DNA of 64,000 nt, from the NCBI RefSeq assembly GCF_020745735.1, contig NC_083449.1, forward strand, positions 4,376,923 to 4,440,922, read 5' to 3'. The DNA is from Hemiscyllium ocellatum (taxonomy: Eukaryota). A model generated the notes under the pieces. It was not told the origin of the DNA, made no database searches, and was given only the letters and a program-made list of their open reading frames with translations. The translations under genes and the position numbers were made by a program. Positions within the stretch are counted from its first letter, which is position 1. Each line of letters starts with the position of its first letter. Below, piece after piece: positions 49,883-63,822 of the stretch.

Positions 49883-50898
49883 CTTCACAAACACTGTCAC
49901 AGAGAATGCTACACTCCGCCCACATTGCGGCCTCTTATACCTTCGGGAGGAATGGTGGGGCGGCTGTTTCTGATTGGTCCCATTGTTCAGCCCCGCCTAA
50001 TGTTGTTTCAATTCCCAATCAGATATCTGCCTCATTCCCCAATCCGGAGAGGGCCCGGGGAGGAGGGCAGAAAGTACCGGCGCCAAATCATCAACCGCTT
50101 TCTTTACAATTTGAAAAGCCCGCCAAATTCCAAACAAAGCAGTATGTTTTACCTGAAAAATGAAGTACAAAAAAACTGAGGAAGTTGAAAAAATATTAAT
50201 ACACATGCTATTTACTTTTAGTTGACAAATGTGTACTTCGCACGGTCTTACTCTCCCTCATTTGCCGATCTGTAACTGTCCATTTCTGATCTTGAGAGTG
50301 GGTTAGTTTCTAAACCTAAAGAAGATGAAACTTAACAGGTCAAACACCGCAGTCTGCAACCTGTCTTTCCTTTTCACATTTCAATCCCACCCCGATATGC
50401 TGATAACGCAGCACACAGCATTCCTCCGGCTCAGCATCGAGGGCGAACACGTTTTTTTTCAGGCGACGTTTTAAAGCTGACCTCCCTTATCGATCTCGAT
50501 CAGATTCAGCAAAAGCTCCACGTTTCTGTCCGGTAGCTGTGTTGGTGTTCTCGTGGTGCGCTTTGGAAGTTCTCACCGACAGCATCAATTGTTATTTTGC
50601 AGAGCGAGAAGTCGGCTCAAACCCGCGCATTGGAAATGTAAAGTAAATCAGAAGGTAAAATGCATCAATGTGGGGGTGAAAGACGTGGGCATTTGTCTGC
50701 CAGGGGTAAACAAGACTAAAAACGACTCACTGGCGCCTGATCTGCTCTCGTCCACCCCACTCCCGAATAATTTGCAAAAAAGCACTTATTAACTCAGAAA
50801 CATATAGCGCGAGAACTTAAATTGCTCTATCAATAACCACAAACTAAAACAAACAACTTTTAAAGAAATGGTTCAGCCGTCTCAGGGATGTTGTGGGT

Positions 50899-50914
50899 GG
50901 CTCTTATAAGAGCC
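50899..50914 (-). promoter_or_regulatory. Histone 3' stem-loop (H2B copy 2), variant loop TATA
   Basis: GGCTCTTATAAGAGCC followed by ACCCA. Confidence 0.9.
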
Positions 50915-50955
50915 TTTGGGTTGTGGACGTGTGTATTTCAGTGCAGTGCGCTCCT

Positions 50956-51336
50956 TCACTTGGAGCTGGTGTACTTGGTCACTGCCTTTGTGCCCTCCGA
51001 CACGGCGTGCTTGGCCAGCTCCCCGGGCAGCAGCAGCCGCACGGCGGTCTGGATCTCCCGGGAGCTGATGGTGCTGCGCTTGTTGTAATGGGCAAGGCGG
51101 GAAGCCTCCCCCGCGATGCGCTGGAAAATATCGTTGACGAACGAGTTCATGATGCTCATGGCCTTGGAGGAGATGCCGGTGTCGGGGTGAACCTGCTTCA
51201 TCACTTTGTAGATGTAGATGGAGTAACTTTCTCTCCTTGACCTCTTCCTCTTCCTGCTGCCCTTTGCTGGCGCCTTCTTAATGATTTTCTTCGCCCCCTT
51301 CTTGGAGGTTTGCTGGGCTTTCTTCTCATCAGCCAT
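50956..51336 (-). CDS. H2B: Histone H2B (E71Q)
   Basis: Same protein as 28325-28705 except NDIFQRIA. Confidence 0.97.
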   Translation of the reverse strand: MADEKKAQQTSKKGAKKIIKKAPAKGSRKRKRSRRESYSIYIYKVMKQVHPDTGISSKAMSIMNSFVNDIFQRIAGEASRLAHYNKRSTISSREIQTAVRLLLPGELAKHAVSEGTKAVTKYTSSK

Positions 51337-51387
51337 AACGCCGCTCGCTTTTAGAAACAGAATAAGGGAAAACAGGCGCTGAGCTCC

Positions 51388-51503
51388 CTCTTTATAGACT
51401 GACGGCGTCATCAATGCTAATAAGGGATGGGGAAAGCCTTGCTTCTGATTGGGTAGTTTACAAAGAGTCATTGCGAAACATTAAGTCTCTCTGATTGGTT
51501 AGT
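51388..51503 (-). promoter_or_regulatory. H2B promoter copy 2
   Basis: Two CCAAT boxes, ATTAGCAT and TATAAA. Confidence 0.8.
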
Positions 51504-53599
51504 GTGAGATTCAATGTGGATCTGCAACGAAATGTGAAGTGGATGGTGATTCTGTTCCTGTCAGTCTGACTGAGGGAGATTTGTTTTGCGCCTGCGATAC
51601 AGAATGTCACTGTGGTATTGGCTCGGTTTCCTTTTGCTCGTTGTTATGCTGATGTGTTTCTAGCTCCGCATGTCTTTTCTGTTCCTCTGTATAGGATGGA
51701 ATTAACACAGAACTTTTCACTGTGTGAAAAAAAGCTCTCATCCATTCGAAATTGCAATTACATTTGCTGTCAAGTTACACATACTACTGGAACCTGACTG
51801 AATGTTTTCTCCACTTGGGGTTGATCCAACTCATTCCCAATTGCACGGAGTTGGAGAAACTATAAGAAAAAGTTTATATGGAATACTTTTGTTGAGTCAT
51901 ATATTGATGAATATATCTGAGACCTTGACTGATAACTGTCAGCCCAGAAACGTATCGATAACTGGGTGCTTTGAAAGTACCTGCAGTGTAACTGAACCAC
52001 GATGCTGCACTTTTCAATTAGGCGTCTTGCAGTTTCATGCAGGGATTTATAACATTTCTCCGTCTTACGCGAATGCCTGTTAACCAGCAACTGTCAGCAT
52101 GCTAAACATATATGTGTCACTTTAACTTTATATCTGTCATGTCCTAATTTAAACATTTTGCATTAAGTCAACATCTGTCCAATGAGGCTCTGGTCCTCCA
52201 TCTAATAGTCAGTGTTATTTCAAGACCGGTTTTGTTCTGTAACCATCAAACATTGATGTGAGCGGTAAAACGTTACACTATTTGCCAGCCACTGAGAAAT
52301 ATGCCTCCAATCTGTGCCCCCAGGAGAAAGTGGGAACTGCAGATGCTGGGGATCAGAGGCTAATGCCCAAAACGTTGAGATGAAGGGCTTATGCTTAAAA
52401 CAACGATTCTCCTGCTCCTCGGATGCTGCCTGACATGCTGCGCTTTTTCAGGACTACACTCTCGACTCCAATCTGTGCCCGTCTGTTTCTGAGATGTATT
52501 TTTGTAAACTCTACTTCACAATCTTAACATGTCAGTATGTTACTGGACTGTAACTCAAACCTTCCAAAGTGTACCTTGTTGCTTTACTCTGTCGGTGTGA
52601 ATTTTGAAAGTACCAGGTACCACTTTGGACAGACTCAGGTAGGACTCACTACCCTCCACTCCCATGCCCTATGAATATCAGCTTCTGCAAATTGAACTTG
52701 GGTTTGTATTTATAACTGCAGCATTTTGATAAAGGATAATGTACATTGTTACTGACAATATCTGCAACTTCACTGCGGATGTTACATTGTTTATGCCAGT
52801 TTCTAGCTCATCAATAGTTGTATTATATCCTAACAATTTATTGCTTTGCAACTGACTCAGTATTTCATTCTATAAATGCCAGTTGATTCTTTCTAATCTT
52901 GCATTTATTTACTCAGTAACAGTCAATTACTGGCATGACAGAGAGCAAATATCTCAACATCTCAAAGTTTCTGATGAAATGGGTGGTTTTTTTTCACTCC
53001 ATCCTTGATACATCAGGGTAACTTATAACTGAATCGATCAGTGTGTGATCTGTGAGCACACACACATCTGTAAGTTAAAGATAAAGTGTATAGTGAATGA
53101 TGCTGCAGATACAGTGTCTATGCTGTAGTTATTAATTTCTTTCAATCTTCTGTCACTTTAAATACCTCAAAGCAGAAGACCATAAGAAGCTTGAGAATTC
53201 TGTGACATTTCTATCTGCATGTGTGTACTCTGTCCTGAGAAGAGATCACAAAGACTTTAGTTATGGTCTTCATCTCATTTTGATGTTTAGTGCCCATAAC
53301 CAAAGACTCCCTGATGTATCAAAAAAGATATATGGCTACATTAGCATAAATTAAGCTCATAATTCAACCCTAACAGCTTTCTGTGGAACAGAATAAGGGG
53401 ACAATGTTCTGCATTGCATTCTTAGACAGAAGACTTCCTGTTCAAAACTGTGTCCCTTACTCGGGATTCTCTCATGAGCAGTGACATACCCCCAGCATCA
53501 TCTCTGTCAACTCCCTTCAGATCATTTTCATTTTGCTCTAAAAATTCTTCAAAACTCCAATGAGAATATACCCAACCATTTTATACGTATAATGAGAGC

Positions 53600-54612
53600 C
53601 TATCAATCTGCATCTCTGAGCTTCTGCTATTTGAATATGAGAGTACAGGTATCACCCTTTCCCAGTAAGATTCTGCTATGTGCATACCTATGTGAATTTC
53701 TCACCCTATACCTGTTGGTTTCTACTGTGTGAATACGACAGTTTCTAATCTGCAAATGGTATAGTTTAATTAATCGTCCACGTCAGTTTCTGAATTGTTA
53801 AAATGTGAACATAGTTATCAATGTCAACCTGTCATCTTTTGCGAAGTGAACATGTGGGGGCCCATATTGAAATGTACCTGTTGCTTTCAGCGACAGAAAT
53901 GCAGGAGTTTAGTTATCATTCTTTTCCTGTCAGTTTCTTCGAAGTGAATGTATTGATGTAGTTATCCATCTGTACTGATAATGGGCTTTTAAACAAAACG
54001 TCGATTCTCCTGCTCCTTGGATGCTTTCTGGCCTGTACCTTTCCAGTACCACATTCCTGACTCTAATCTCCAGCATCTGCAATCCTCAGCTTTGCCTATC
54101 CATTTGTACCTGTCAGTTTCTGATCTGTGAATATGGAAGTGTCGTTATTGAGCTGTCCATCAGTTTCTTTAATTTGAATATGACTGTCTAGTCATCTATT
54201 TCTCCCTGTCAGTTTCTGTGATGTGATGACAGTCCAATTATTTATCTGCCCTTGTCAGTTTCTGCTGTGTGAATATGAGAGTGGCATTATCAGTCTCTAC
54301 CTGTCAGCTTTTGCTATGTCAATGTGATTTCAGTTATCAATCTGCCTCATTAGGTTCTAGGTGAATGTAAAAATGTAGTTATCAATATATACCTGTGAGA
54401 TTCTGCTCTGGGAATGTGGGTGTGTTATCAAAATGTATCGGTCAGTTTCTGCAATGTGAATGTTTGAGTGCAGATTTCAATCTGTATCTGACAGTTTCTG
54501 CAATCATCAGTCTATCCCTGACATATAGTTGAAGCTGAATGGATGAGTGCATCTGTACCTGAAAGTATCTGTACCTGTCAGTTTGTGTTCTGTGAATAAG
54601 TGAGTGTACTTA
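53600..54612 (-). repeat. ~47-bp minisatellite array (duplicate of 30975-31990)
   Basis: CCTGTCAGTTTCTG repeats. Confidence 0.72.
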
Positions 54613-54724
54613 CACATTTGTCTCTGTTAAACATGACACTTGCAGAAACTGCAGGAGCTCTATTTACTTCAAATCTCTGTTGCTCAACATGAATAAGATT
54701 TTATCTATTGCCATCCATGTCAGA

Positions 54725-55050
54725 GTGGCATGGTGGCACAGTGGTGCCAGGGACACATTCAATTCCAGCCTTGGTTCATTATCTGTGTGCAGCTTGTACG
54801 TTCTGCCAGTGTCTGCATGAGTTTCCTCTGCGTGCTCTAGTTTCTTTGCATTGTCCAAACATGTGCAGGTTTGCTGGAATAGCCATGGTAAATTGTCCTG
54901 TAGTCTTCAAGGATGTGCAGTGTCCGTGGGTTGACTGTGGTAAACGTGGAGTTATGGGGATAGGGTGGGGTCTACGTCTATGTGGGATCACATTTGGAGA
55001 GTTGTTGCAGGGGACTGGGCCAAATTACCTCTTTCTGCACTGGAGAAATT
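54725..55050 (+). mobile_element. Old HE1/V-type SINE (duplicate)
   Basis: Paralog of 32095-32425. Confidence 0.7.
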
Positions 55051-55310
55051 CTATGTATTGTAAATGTAAGTGAGACTTTTTCCATCATTAATCAGTCTCA
55101 ACAGTGTAAAGCAGTTTGGATAATTTCCACAACTTTTATTCAAGGGCACAGTTTTTGATTAAGTTATATTCTGCATCTATATTTGAATTTATTGTTCACA
55201 TGTTTATAAACAGACCACTTTATGAGAGCTTTCTCACTCTGTGCCCAATCACCTCTGGGTATCGGTCTGAATGTGTACCTCTTCATGTCAATATTTGATT
55301 TCCCTTTGGG

Positions 55311-57736
55311 CAGGTATGATGTTTTGGAAAGTGTAGGGGGGTGATGGCTGTTCATGCTACATTCCCCTGAGAATCCAAGTTTCTGGTACTGAGACTGGCT
55401 CGAATGCAACGATGGGTACATCGGCTTCCAAGAGATCAATTGTGGATTCTGCAGTCCGAGGTACAGACAGACGTTTCTGTGGCCAGCAGCGATAAAGCAG
55501 AATGGTGTGTAGTTTCCCTGGTGACAGGATCAAGGATGTCTCAGAGAGGGTGCAGAATGTTCTAATGGAGGAAGAGGGGACACAAGAGGTCATTGTCCAC
55601 ATTGGAACCAACAACATAGGAAGGGAAAAGGTTGTGATTCTGAAGGGAGATTACAGAGAGTTAGGCAGAAATTTAAAAAGGAATTTACAAGCTAGTGAGA
55701 GCAGGAATAGGAGGATAGAACAGATGAATGCATGGCAGAGGAACTGGTGCTTGGGGAAGGATTCATATTTTTGGATCATTGGAATCTCTTTTGGGGTAGA
55801 AGTGACCTTTACAAGAAGGACGGATTGCACCTAAATTGGAAGGGGACTAATATACTGGCAGGGAAATTTCTTCGATCTGCTCAGGACAATTTAAACTAGT
55901 AAGATAGGGCGGGGGAGGGGGGGGGGGGGGGGGGGGGAACCACGGACATAGTGAGGAAAGAGATCAGTCTGAGACTGGTACAGTTAAGAACAGAAGTGAG
56001 ACAAACTATCAGGGCAAGCAGGGACAAGGTAGGACGAATAAACTAAACTGCATTTACTTCAAGGCAAGGGAAGTAAATGCAGGGAAAGCAGATGAACTTA
56101 GGGCATAGTTAGGAACATAGGACTGGGATATCATAGCAATTACAGAAACATGGCTCAGGGATGGGCAGGATTGGCAGCTTGATGTTACAGGATACAAATG
56201 CTACAGGAAGGACATAAAGGGAGGCAAGAGAGGAGGGGGTGTGGCATTTTGAGAAGGGATAACATTACAGCTGTGCTCAGAGAGGATATTCCTCGAAATA
56301 CATCCAGGGAAGTTATTTGGGTGGAACTGAGAAATAAGAAAGGGATAATCACCTTATTGGGATTGTATTATAGACCTCCGAATAGTCAGAGGGAAATTGA
56401 GGATCAAACTTGTAAGGAGATCTCAGCTATAACCACGGTAGCGTGGCCGAGTGGTCTAAGGTGCTGGATTTAGGCTCCAGGCATTTTAATTTCAGTAAAG
56501 CGTTCGACAAGGTTCACCATGGGAGGCTGATTAGCAAGGTTATATCTCATGGAATACATTTGAATACAGAACTGGCTCAAACATAGAAGACAGAGGGTGG
56601 TGGTGGAGGGTTGTTTTTCAGACTGAAGGCCTGTGACCAGTGGAATGCCACAAGGATCGGTGCTGGGCCCTCTACCTTTTGTCATTTACATAAATGATTT
56701 GGATGCGAGCATAAGAGGTACAGTTAGTAAGTTTGCAGATGACACTAAAATTGGAGGTGTAGTGGACAGCGAAGAGGATTACCTCAGATTACAATAGGAT
56801 CTGGACCAGATGGGCCAATGGGCTGAGAAGTGGCAGATGGAGTTTAATTCAGATAAATGGGAGGTGCTGCATTTTGGGAAAGAAAATCTTAGCAGGACTT
56901 ATACACTTAATGGTAAGGTCCTACGGAGTGTTGCTGAACAAAGAGACCTTGGAGTGCAGGTTCATAGCTCCTCGAAAGTAGAGTTGCAGGTAGATAGGAT
57001 AGTGAAGAAGGTGTTTAGTATGTTTTCCGTTATTGGTCAGAGTATTGAGAACAGGAGTTAGGAGTCATGTTGCGCTGGACAGGACATTGGTTCGGCCACT
57101 ATTGGAATATTGCGTGCAATTCTGGTCTCCTTCCTATCGGAAAGATGTTGTGAAACTTGAAAGGGTTCAGAAAAGATTTACAAGGATGTTGCCAAGGTTG
57201 GAGGATCTGAGCTATAAGATAGGCTGAACAGGCTGGGTTGGGATATCTGGTTGGAATGGACGGGTTGGACGGAAGGGTTTGTTTCCATGCTGTATATCTC
57301 TATGACTCTATCTGTAAGAATAATAGGGTGGTTATGGTAGGGGATTTTAACTTTTCAAACATAGACCGGGACTGACATAGTGTTCAGGGTTTAGATGGAG
57401 AGCAATTTGTTGAGTGCGTACACAACAATTTTCTGATTCATTATGTGGATGTACCTACTAGAGAAGTTGCAAAACCTGACCTACTCTTGAGAAACAAGGC
57501 AGGACAGGTGACTGAGGTGTCAGTGGGTGAGCACTTTGGGCCAGCGACCATAATTCTATTAGATTTAAAATAGTGATGGAAAAGGGGAGACCAGATCTAA
57601 AAGTTGAAATTCTAAATTGGAGAAAGGGCAATTTTGATGGTATTAGGCTCCTAACAGTCCATGCCGAACAGATATCCCAACCCAATCTACTCCTGCTGCC
57701 AGCACCTGGCCTATGCTGTACATCTCTATGACTCTG
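55311..57736 (+). mobile_element. CR1 LINE with nested tRNA-CR1 chimera at 56431-57311 (duplicate)
   Basis: Paralog of 32685-35430. Confidence 0.88.
56437..56486 (+). pseudogene. tRNA-Leu(UAG) 5' fragment
   Basis: Identical to 33799-33848. Confidence 0.9.
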
Positions 57737-58206
57737 AGACATAAGGGGCAGTTTTATTTTTAAACAAAGAGATGGTAGCAGTGGGACACACTGCCTGGGG
57801 TGGAGATGGAGGAAGATACAACAAGGGTATTGAAAGGACTTTTAGGTAAGCAAATGAATATGTAAAGACTAGAGGATTATGGACCAAGCCAGGGAGAAGG
57901 GATTAATTGCATTTTGACGGCATGTTCGGCACAACATGGTGGGCCGAAGGACCCATTCCTGTCCGTACTGTTCGATGTTCATATTTTGATGCAGTGTATA
58001 TTTTGGATGAGAATTCATTCAAGTTGATTGAAACTGGGTTGGATGCATTTAGCATATCGATTAAAAAATATAAACTTCAGTTTCCTTGGTGGTGTTTGAC
58101 TCTTGGTTTGAACATATCTCTCTGGGAATGGAGCTGAATGTGAACCTGACTCAATCCACTCTGTGACTGGAAAGGATTGTTCTTCACTCTGATAGCAGTA
58201 ACATAC

Positions 58207-58314
58207 CGGCTGTTTGTTCGAAGCAACTGGTCACACTTGGCTCTGTACCGAGGGAATATTACATTGTCTTGGTCCTTTGAGTACTTGCCTGGAGGAAGAC
58301 AGAAGGGATACCTC
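58207..58314 (-). other. 108-nt exon-like module, distal type
   Basis: CAG acceptor and CCG|GTATGT donor. Confidence 0.5.
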
Positions 58315-58688
58315 CTGTGATTGGCAACATCAACGTAACATTCAGTTCCTCATCATTAAAGTTTTTTTAAATTAAAGCCAGCAATGTCAACCGAACCATG
58401 GGTCTGATTCTACTCTGGCCCTGAGCTGTTCCTTGTTAATTTTTTCTTAAAATTCTAAGCCCAAAGGAATGAGATCCAGAAATGAAACAACACCCATACA
58501 GCTCCATAAATGGGACCTACCTGATGCAAGTGGGTATGTGGATATGTGAGTTTAGTTATTGATCTATGTCTGTCAGTTTCTGCTTGGAGAATGTGAGAGG
58601 GTCGTTATAAAACTGTAACATTCATTATATGGTCAATATATTTACATATTCACACTGCAAAGTCTGGCAGGGTCCAATTGATAACTAT

Positions 58689-59693
58689 AGAATCATAAAA
58701 ATAATACAGCACAGAGGGGGCTATTTAGCCGTCTTGTCCATGCCAACCCAAAGACCCCCAAAGGCCCTTTATCATCCCATCTTCTTGCCGCAGCCCGTAG
58801 CCTTGCAGTTAACGGAACTGGGGGTGCAGTTCCAGAGATTTTTGTTTAAAAGAGTTTAGGGTCTCTGGCTGCAGCACCAAAATCAGGCAGCAAATTCCAG
58901 ATACCCACCACTCTATGCATAAAACAAATTCCTCACATATCATGTAATCCTACACTACTTCATTTGAATCAATAATCCCTGGTGTTTGAACTCTCTGCCA
59001 AAGGAAACAGGTTCGTCCTGTGTACTCTAATCTCTCAATCTCACTATTTCGTGAAAAATCACACAACACTAGGTTATAGGTATATTTGGAAGCACAAGCT
59101 TTCAGAGTGCACACAATACTCCAGTTGTAGCCTCATCAGTGCCTTATATGGATTCATTGTTATATCCCTACTTTTCAATTCCATCCCTCTGCCTATGAAG
59201 GAGAGCATTCCACGTGCCTCCTTCACAACCCCATCTACCCAGAGTGACCCATGCACTTGCACACTCACCCTGCCCCTCAGTATATTCCCATTTATTGTCT
59301 ATTCCCATTTACTGTTTGACTTCCCATAATGCATTCCCTCACACTTCTCAGAGCTGAACTCCATTTGCCATTTTCCTGCCCACTCCACCAAACCATCTAT
59401 AATACTTTTGGAGATGACAGCTATCTTCTACACTATCCACTAAATAGCCAACTTTTGTGTCATCTGCAAATTTCACAAATCTGCCCATCACATTCAAGTC
59501 CAAATCCTTAATGTATAAAACAAACAGCAGAGGTCCCAACACTGAGCTACACAGAGCACCACTTGAAACAGCTTTCCATTCACAAGAGCCGCCATCAACC
59601 ATTACCATTTGTTTCCTGTTACTCAGCCAACTTTGCATCCAATTCAACACATTACCCTGTATTCCACAGCTTTTACTTTTTGAACCAGTCTGC
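58689..59693 (-). mobile_element. Old CR1 fragment (duplicate)
   Basis: Paralog of 36386-37372. Confidence 0.82.
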
Positions 59694-62140
59694 TGTGATG
59701 CTGCTGCTCCTTTAACAAGCCTATAAAAGACACAGGCTCTGAAAAGTCTGACTTGATGGGTTTTAGGGACATTTTAATTATAGCTAATAGATAATACCTC
59801 AGGCAAAAGGCTTCCACATTTTTAAAAAGAACACTTGTACAATGAAAGGGGAGTGGTCCAGTTTTCCCAGCTCAGCTTTTCTCTGGTTTGATTTGGTCTT
59901 TAGCTGTCTGGCCATTGACTGAAAGCAGTCAGGCAGTTGAAAAAGTTGCTGAACCCAAAGAAGCCGGTCCATGCTGGCACTCTCTCTCTCTCTCTGACAT
60001 CTCTCCTGTAAGACCCTGTGTTTGATTTTATCTTTTTTGTGCAAGGGGTGTTTGTGGGGAGTATTGCAAGTATTGGGAACAGCATCATTAAGTTGGTATA
60101 ATCTGTAGGGTTTTTGGATAGGTTAAGTTATTTAGTATTCTGTTCTCTTTTAAGGCATAGGAGCATTTGTTTGTGTTTCATTTGATAATCTTGTAAATCA
60201 ATTCTGTTTGGTTTGACCAGCTACATCACTCCTGGAACATCCACGTTACACCTGCTTAAAACAACTAGCAAAGTTAGGGTCCGGGCTACTTGAAATGTTT
60301 TGAGGGGGTCTGGCCTGGTCCATACCAGTTAGGGGGCTCTTTGCAGGATTTATTCTGTTGTTCTGATTTGGGATTAAGGTTGTTGGACTTGAAGGCAGCG
60401 AATGGTAGGTGTTAGTGTCTTTTGTTCCAGGTTTTGAATTCAGTTGGTTTAAACTGTGCTTCAGAGAGCAACAGCTCTTTCAGTCAACCAGAGTTTTCTG
60501 CAGGTGGAAGAAGTGATTTTAGGCCTTTTACAAAAGGTGGTTAAGGGTAAGCTGCTGGAAATAGCAGACAATCTGGGATTGAGGCTGTGTCCTTCCATGA
60601 GGAAAGGAGAGATAATTACAGCAGTAGCTCAGCATTTACGTTTGTTGGAAACACCATCAGAATCTTCAGAGATGGCTAACATTCAATGAAAAATGCAGCA
60701 ACTTGAGTTAGAGGCACAAGACAAGGAAAGGGCAACAGAAATGATTTTTTTCTGAACTATGATTAAATGCAGAAGAGAGAACGAGAGAGAGAGAGAAAAG
60801 GAGAGAAAGGAAAGGAAGAAGGAGAGGGAGTTTGAACATTGGAAATTGGCATTTGGACAGGAATTCAAAAATTCACTTCCTGAAGTAGTGAAAACTCATG
60901 TGAAAGAGCAGAGAGTTAAAACGGCAAGACTCGCAGCTGAAATGGCTGATGCTTATGAGTTGATCAAAGTTTGACTTCTAAAACCAATTTCAATCCATGA
61001 GAGATAGAAGTTGAGGATAAGAGAAATCCTCACATGGAAAGGAAATGATAGATCTCAGTGAAGGTCATAAGGATGACTTATCACAAGTTAAAAAGGAAAT
61101 CCTTGAAGGGGAAAGGGAAGTTAAAAAGCTCTGGTGTTTTCCCTGCAATAAAGTAGGCCACATGAAATCGTGTTGGTGGGTTAGGAAAAACACTGGGAAG
61201 CCAGATGTAGGAAACAGGAGAAGCCAATGAATTTTGTTAGAGTGGTAACAGAAAGCACAACGGAGATTTGAAAGCTGCACCAGAATGTACGAGCTGGACG
61301 GAGTTGCCAGATCTTCTTAAACCATCCATCTCTGAAGGTAACGTTTACTCGCATTGGCTAGGAGGATCAGGTAAAGTGGTTACAATATTAAGAGATACAA
61401 AGATCCTCTCAATCTGTGATGCTGAAAGATGAGGTGATACATACCTCTGAAGGACTATTGCTCGAAAATGTACTAGTAACGGGAATTCATGATGAGACAA
61501 GAAACACTGAATTGTGAGAAGTGAGGTTATAGTGTCCAGTGCAGTGACGAGTGGAGACGTTGTGGTAGGGGTAGTGGACAAACTCTCAGCTCCGGGAATA
61601 CAATTTGTCCTTGCTAATGATATTGTTGATTCACCGGTAGGAGTGCTGCTGTTGAAAAGCCAGTGAAAACTCAGGCAACTGAATTATTGCTGGACATATA
61701 ACCTGGGCATTTTCCAGACTGTGTGGTGACAAAGTCATCAGTTGAAACAGGAGAGATCAAAGAGTACATATAAGAAAGTTGAAATGAAATTGGCAGAGAC
61801 TCTGGTTGATCAGATGGTTGAGACAAACCGGGAAGAGATTGATGACAAAGCAGACATCTTTAGCTGAGATAAATTAACCAAGTTACAGCAGAAAGATGAA
61901 AATTTAAAGGAATTGTACCAAAAGGCCAACACAGAAAAATAATCTGAATATATCCCTGCATAATATTATATTAATAATGATGTATTAATGAGGAAATGGA
62001 GACCATCACACATTCAGGCTGATGAGAAATGAACAGAACTGTATGGAGTTGTATTGCCAGTGGGTTATGGAAAGGAGGTGTTGTGAGTAGCACATGAGCT
62101 ACCTCTAGGTCATCATTTAGGAGCGAGAAAAACTCAGACT
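59694..62140 (+). mobile_element. Decayed Gmr1-like Gypsy element (duplicate; LTR 59694-60327)
   Basis: Paralog of 37373-39810 with CFPCNKVGHMKSC. Confidence 0.78.
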
Positions 62141-62692
62141 TTTGCAGAGGCTGTTTGGAAATCACATTATTTAATTGTCGTCTCTGTCTGTGATGACTAT
62201 TCAGTAAGAGATTAATGCTACCCTTCTCAGTCACAGATAAACTCCATGTAAATGTGCTTCACTTGGGTTGGAGGATTTGAGTTAGCAGTAGAGGCTGAAT
62301 AGGCTGGAGCTGCTTTCCCTGGAGAGGCACCTTTATAGAGTTTCATAAAATCATGAGCAGCATGGATAAGTGGTGGAGGCTGGACCGAAGGGTCTCTTTC
62401 CGTGCTGTACATCTCTATGACTCGATGGTTGTAAATAATAACACTTATTGGAAATGGGGTGATGTCCACTGAGAATGGATAGAGAGAAACTGTTGATGAG
62501 CACAGTTTCCCTCCATCTCTGTACTTAGCAGCTACCTCACAGATGGTTGTTGAAACTATTTGTTTATCAACATTGTAGAAAATGTTCTTATTAAATGCAG
62601 ATTTTAATGCTGTTCCTGAGTGTCTATTTTGGATGAGGATTCAGTTTATCTATCTTTAAAACTGAATCTTCAAATGTCAACGGGCTACATAC

Positions 62693-62799
62693 CTGCTGTT
62701 TGCTCGAGGCAGTTGGTCCGACTTCCCTTTGAACCGAGGAAGTATTACAGTGTCTTAGTCCCTCAGGTATCTGTCTGGGGGAAGATAGAGAGACACCAT
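62693..62799 (-). other. 107-nt exon-like module, proximal type
   Basis: atgattaaCAG acceptor and CAG|GTATGT donor. Confidence 0.55.
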
Positions 62800-62941
62800 C
62801 TGTTAATCATCGTGAAGCGAGTCAGGTAATATTGATCAATGCTGAAAATGTGTTGCTGGAAAAGCGCAGCAGGTCAGGCAGCATCCAAGGAATTGGAGAT
62901 TCGACGTTTCGGACATAAGCCCTTCTTAAGGAATGTCACAT

Positions 62942-63037
62942 TCATCGCATATTCGTTAGGATAAGCCAGCAACTCAAACAGAACCACGGATCGGATTCCA
63001 TTGTTGCACTGAGCTGCTCTTTGTGTGGAGATTGCAT
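62942..63037 (-). CDS. Candidate 31-aa small ORF MQSPHKEQLSATMESDPWFCLSCWLILTNMR
   Basis: Open frame; differs from 40633-40728 by two synonymous changes and one replacement. Confidence 0.3.
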   Translation of the reverse strand: MQSPHKEQLSATMESDPWFCLSCWLILTNMR

Positions 63038-63335
63038 TTATTTCTCATATGATTCGATACCAATTGAATGAGATGGAGAAACTGAGCAACTGCACAGCTC
63101 CATGAGTAGGACTACTCACCACCAGAATGCTAACAGTTCAAAATCCAATTCCCAATACACTACCTGTTGGAGAGAGAAAAAACGGTGCTATACCTTATTT
63201 TTCCCCAAGACACACTCCTTTTACAGGAGTATCCCATTCCTACAGTCGGTCTGCGATTCCGGTATTGACTGCACAAACTCAACAAACAATCGGAAACAAT
63301 GAAATCTCAACAGAGTTCAGAGGATTGTAAACTCC

Positions 63336-63822
63336 AGGAATGTCCCACAGCAGCTTCTTCCCGCTCTGCCTCCCTCAGCAGGCCCACACACAGCCCGAGA
63401 AAGGCCTCTCTCTTCCCCCCAGCCCGCTCACTCCAAGTTCCGGGACCAGTTCCTGCTCCGCTCAGCCTCTTACAAACAGCCCCCGGTTCTCCCTGAACTC
63501 ACCCCGAATCAATCCCGGTCCCGGAGCCCCCTTTGTGTCCCAGGCTCCCATCCCGATCTGCTGCTGGAAGGAGCCTGCTGTTCCCTCGCTTCCCTGGGCG
63601 CTGATGTCTCCATTGCGGTCTGTTTCAAACAAACCTCTTGCACTCACTGAGTAAATGCTCCTCAATGGCAGCGCTGGGGGAGGGTCTCACGCATGCGCTC
63701 CTCTACTCAGGAACAGTCAGCTTTGGGGAGAAAAAGGTTCCGTCCCAGATACAGTTGGGGCTGGAGGCGGAGCTGGATGATCAAAGACATTACCCTGCTC
63801 TGTCTGTCACTTAGTTTCCTCT
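63336..63822 (-). other. Divergent-gene promoter, first exon (GTGAGT at 63642-63647) and GC-rich block; no adjacent H4
   Basis: Paralog of 41030-41508. Confidence 0.6.

Noticed and set aside
49445-50179. Long antisense ORFs over histone genes (also 27002..27646 and 25685..26107)
   Set aside because: Shadow frames of GC-rich, codon-biased histone CDS; no independent signal.
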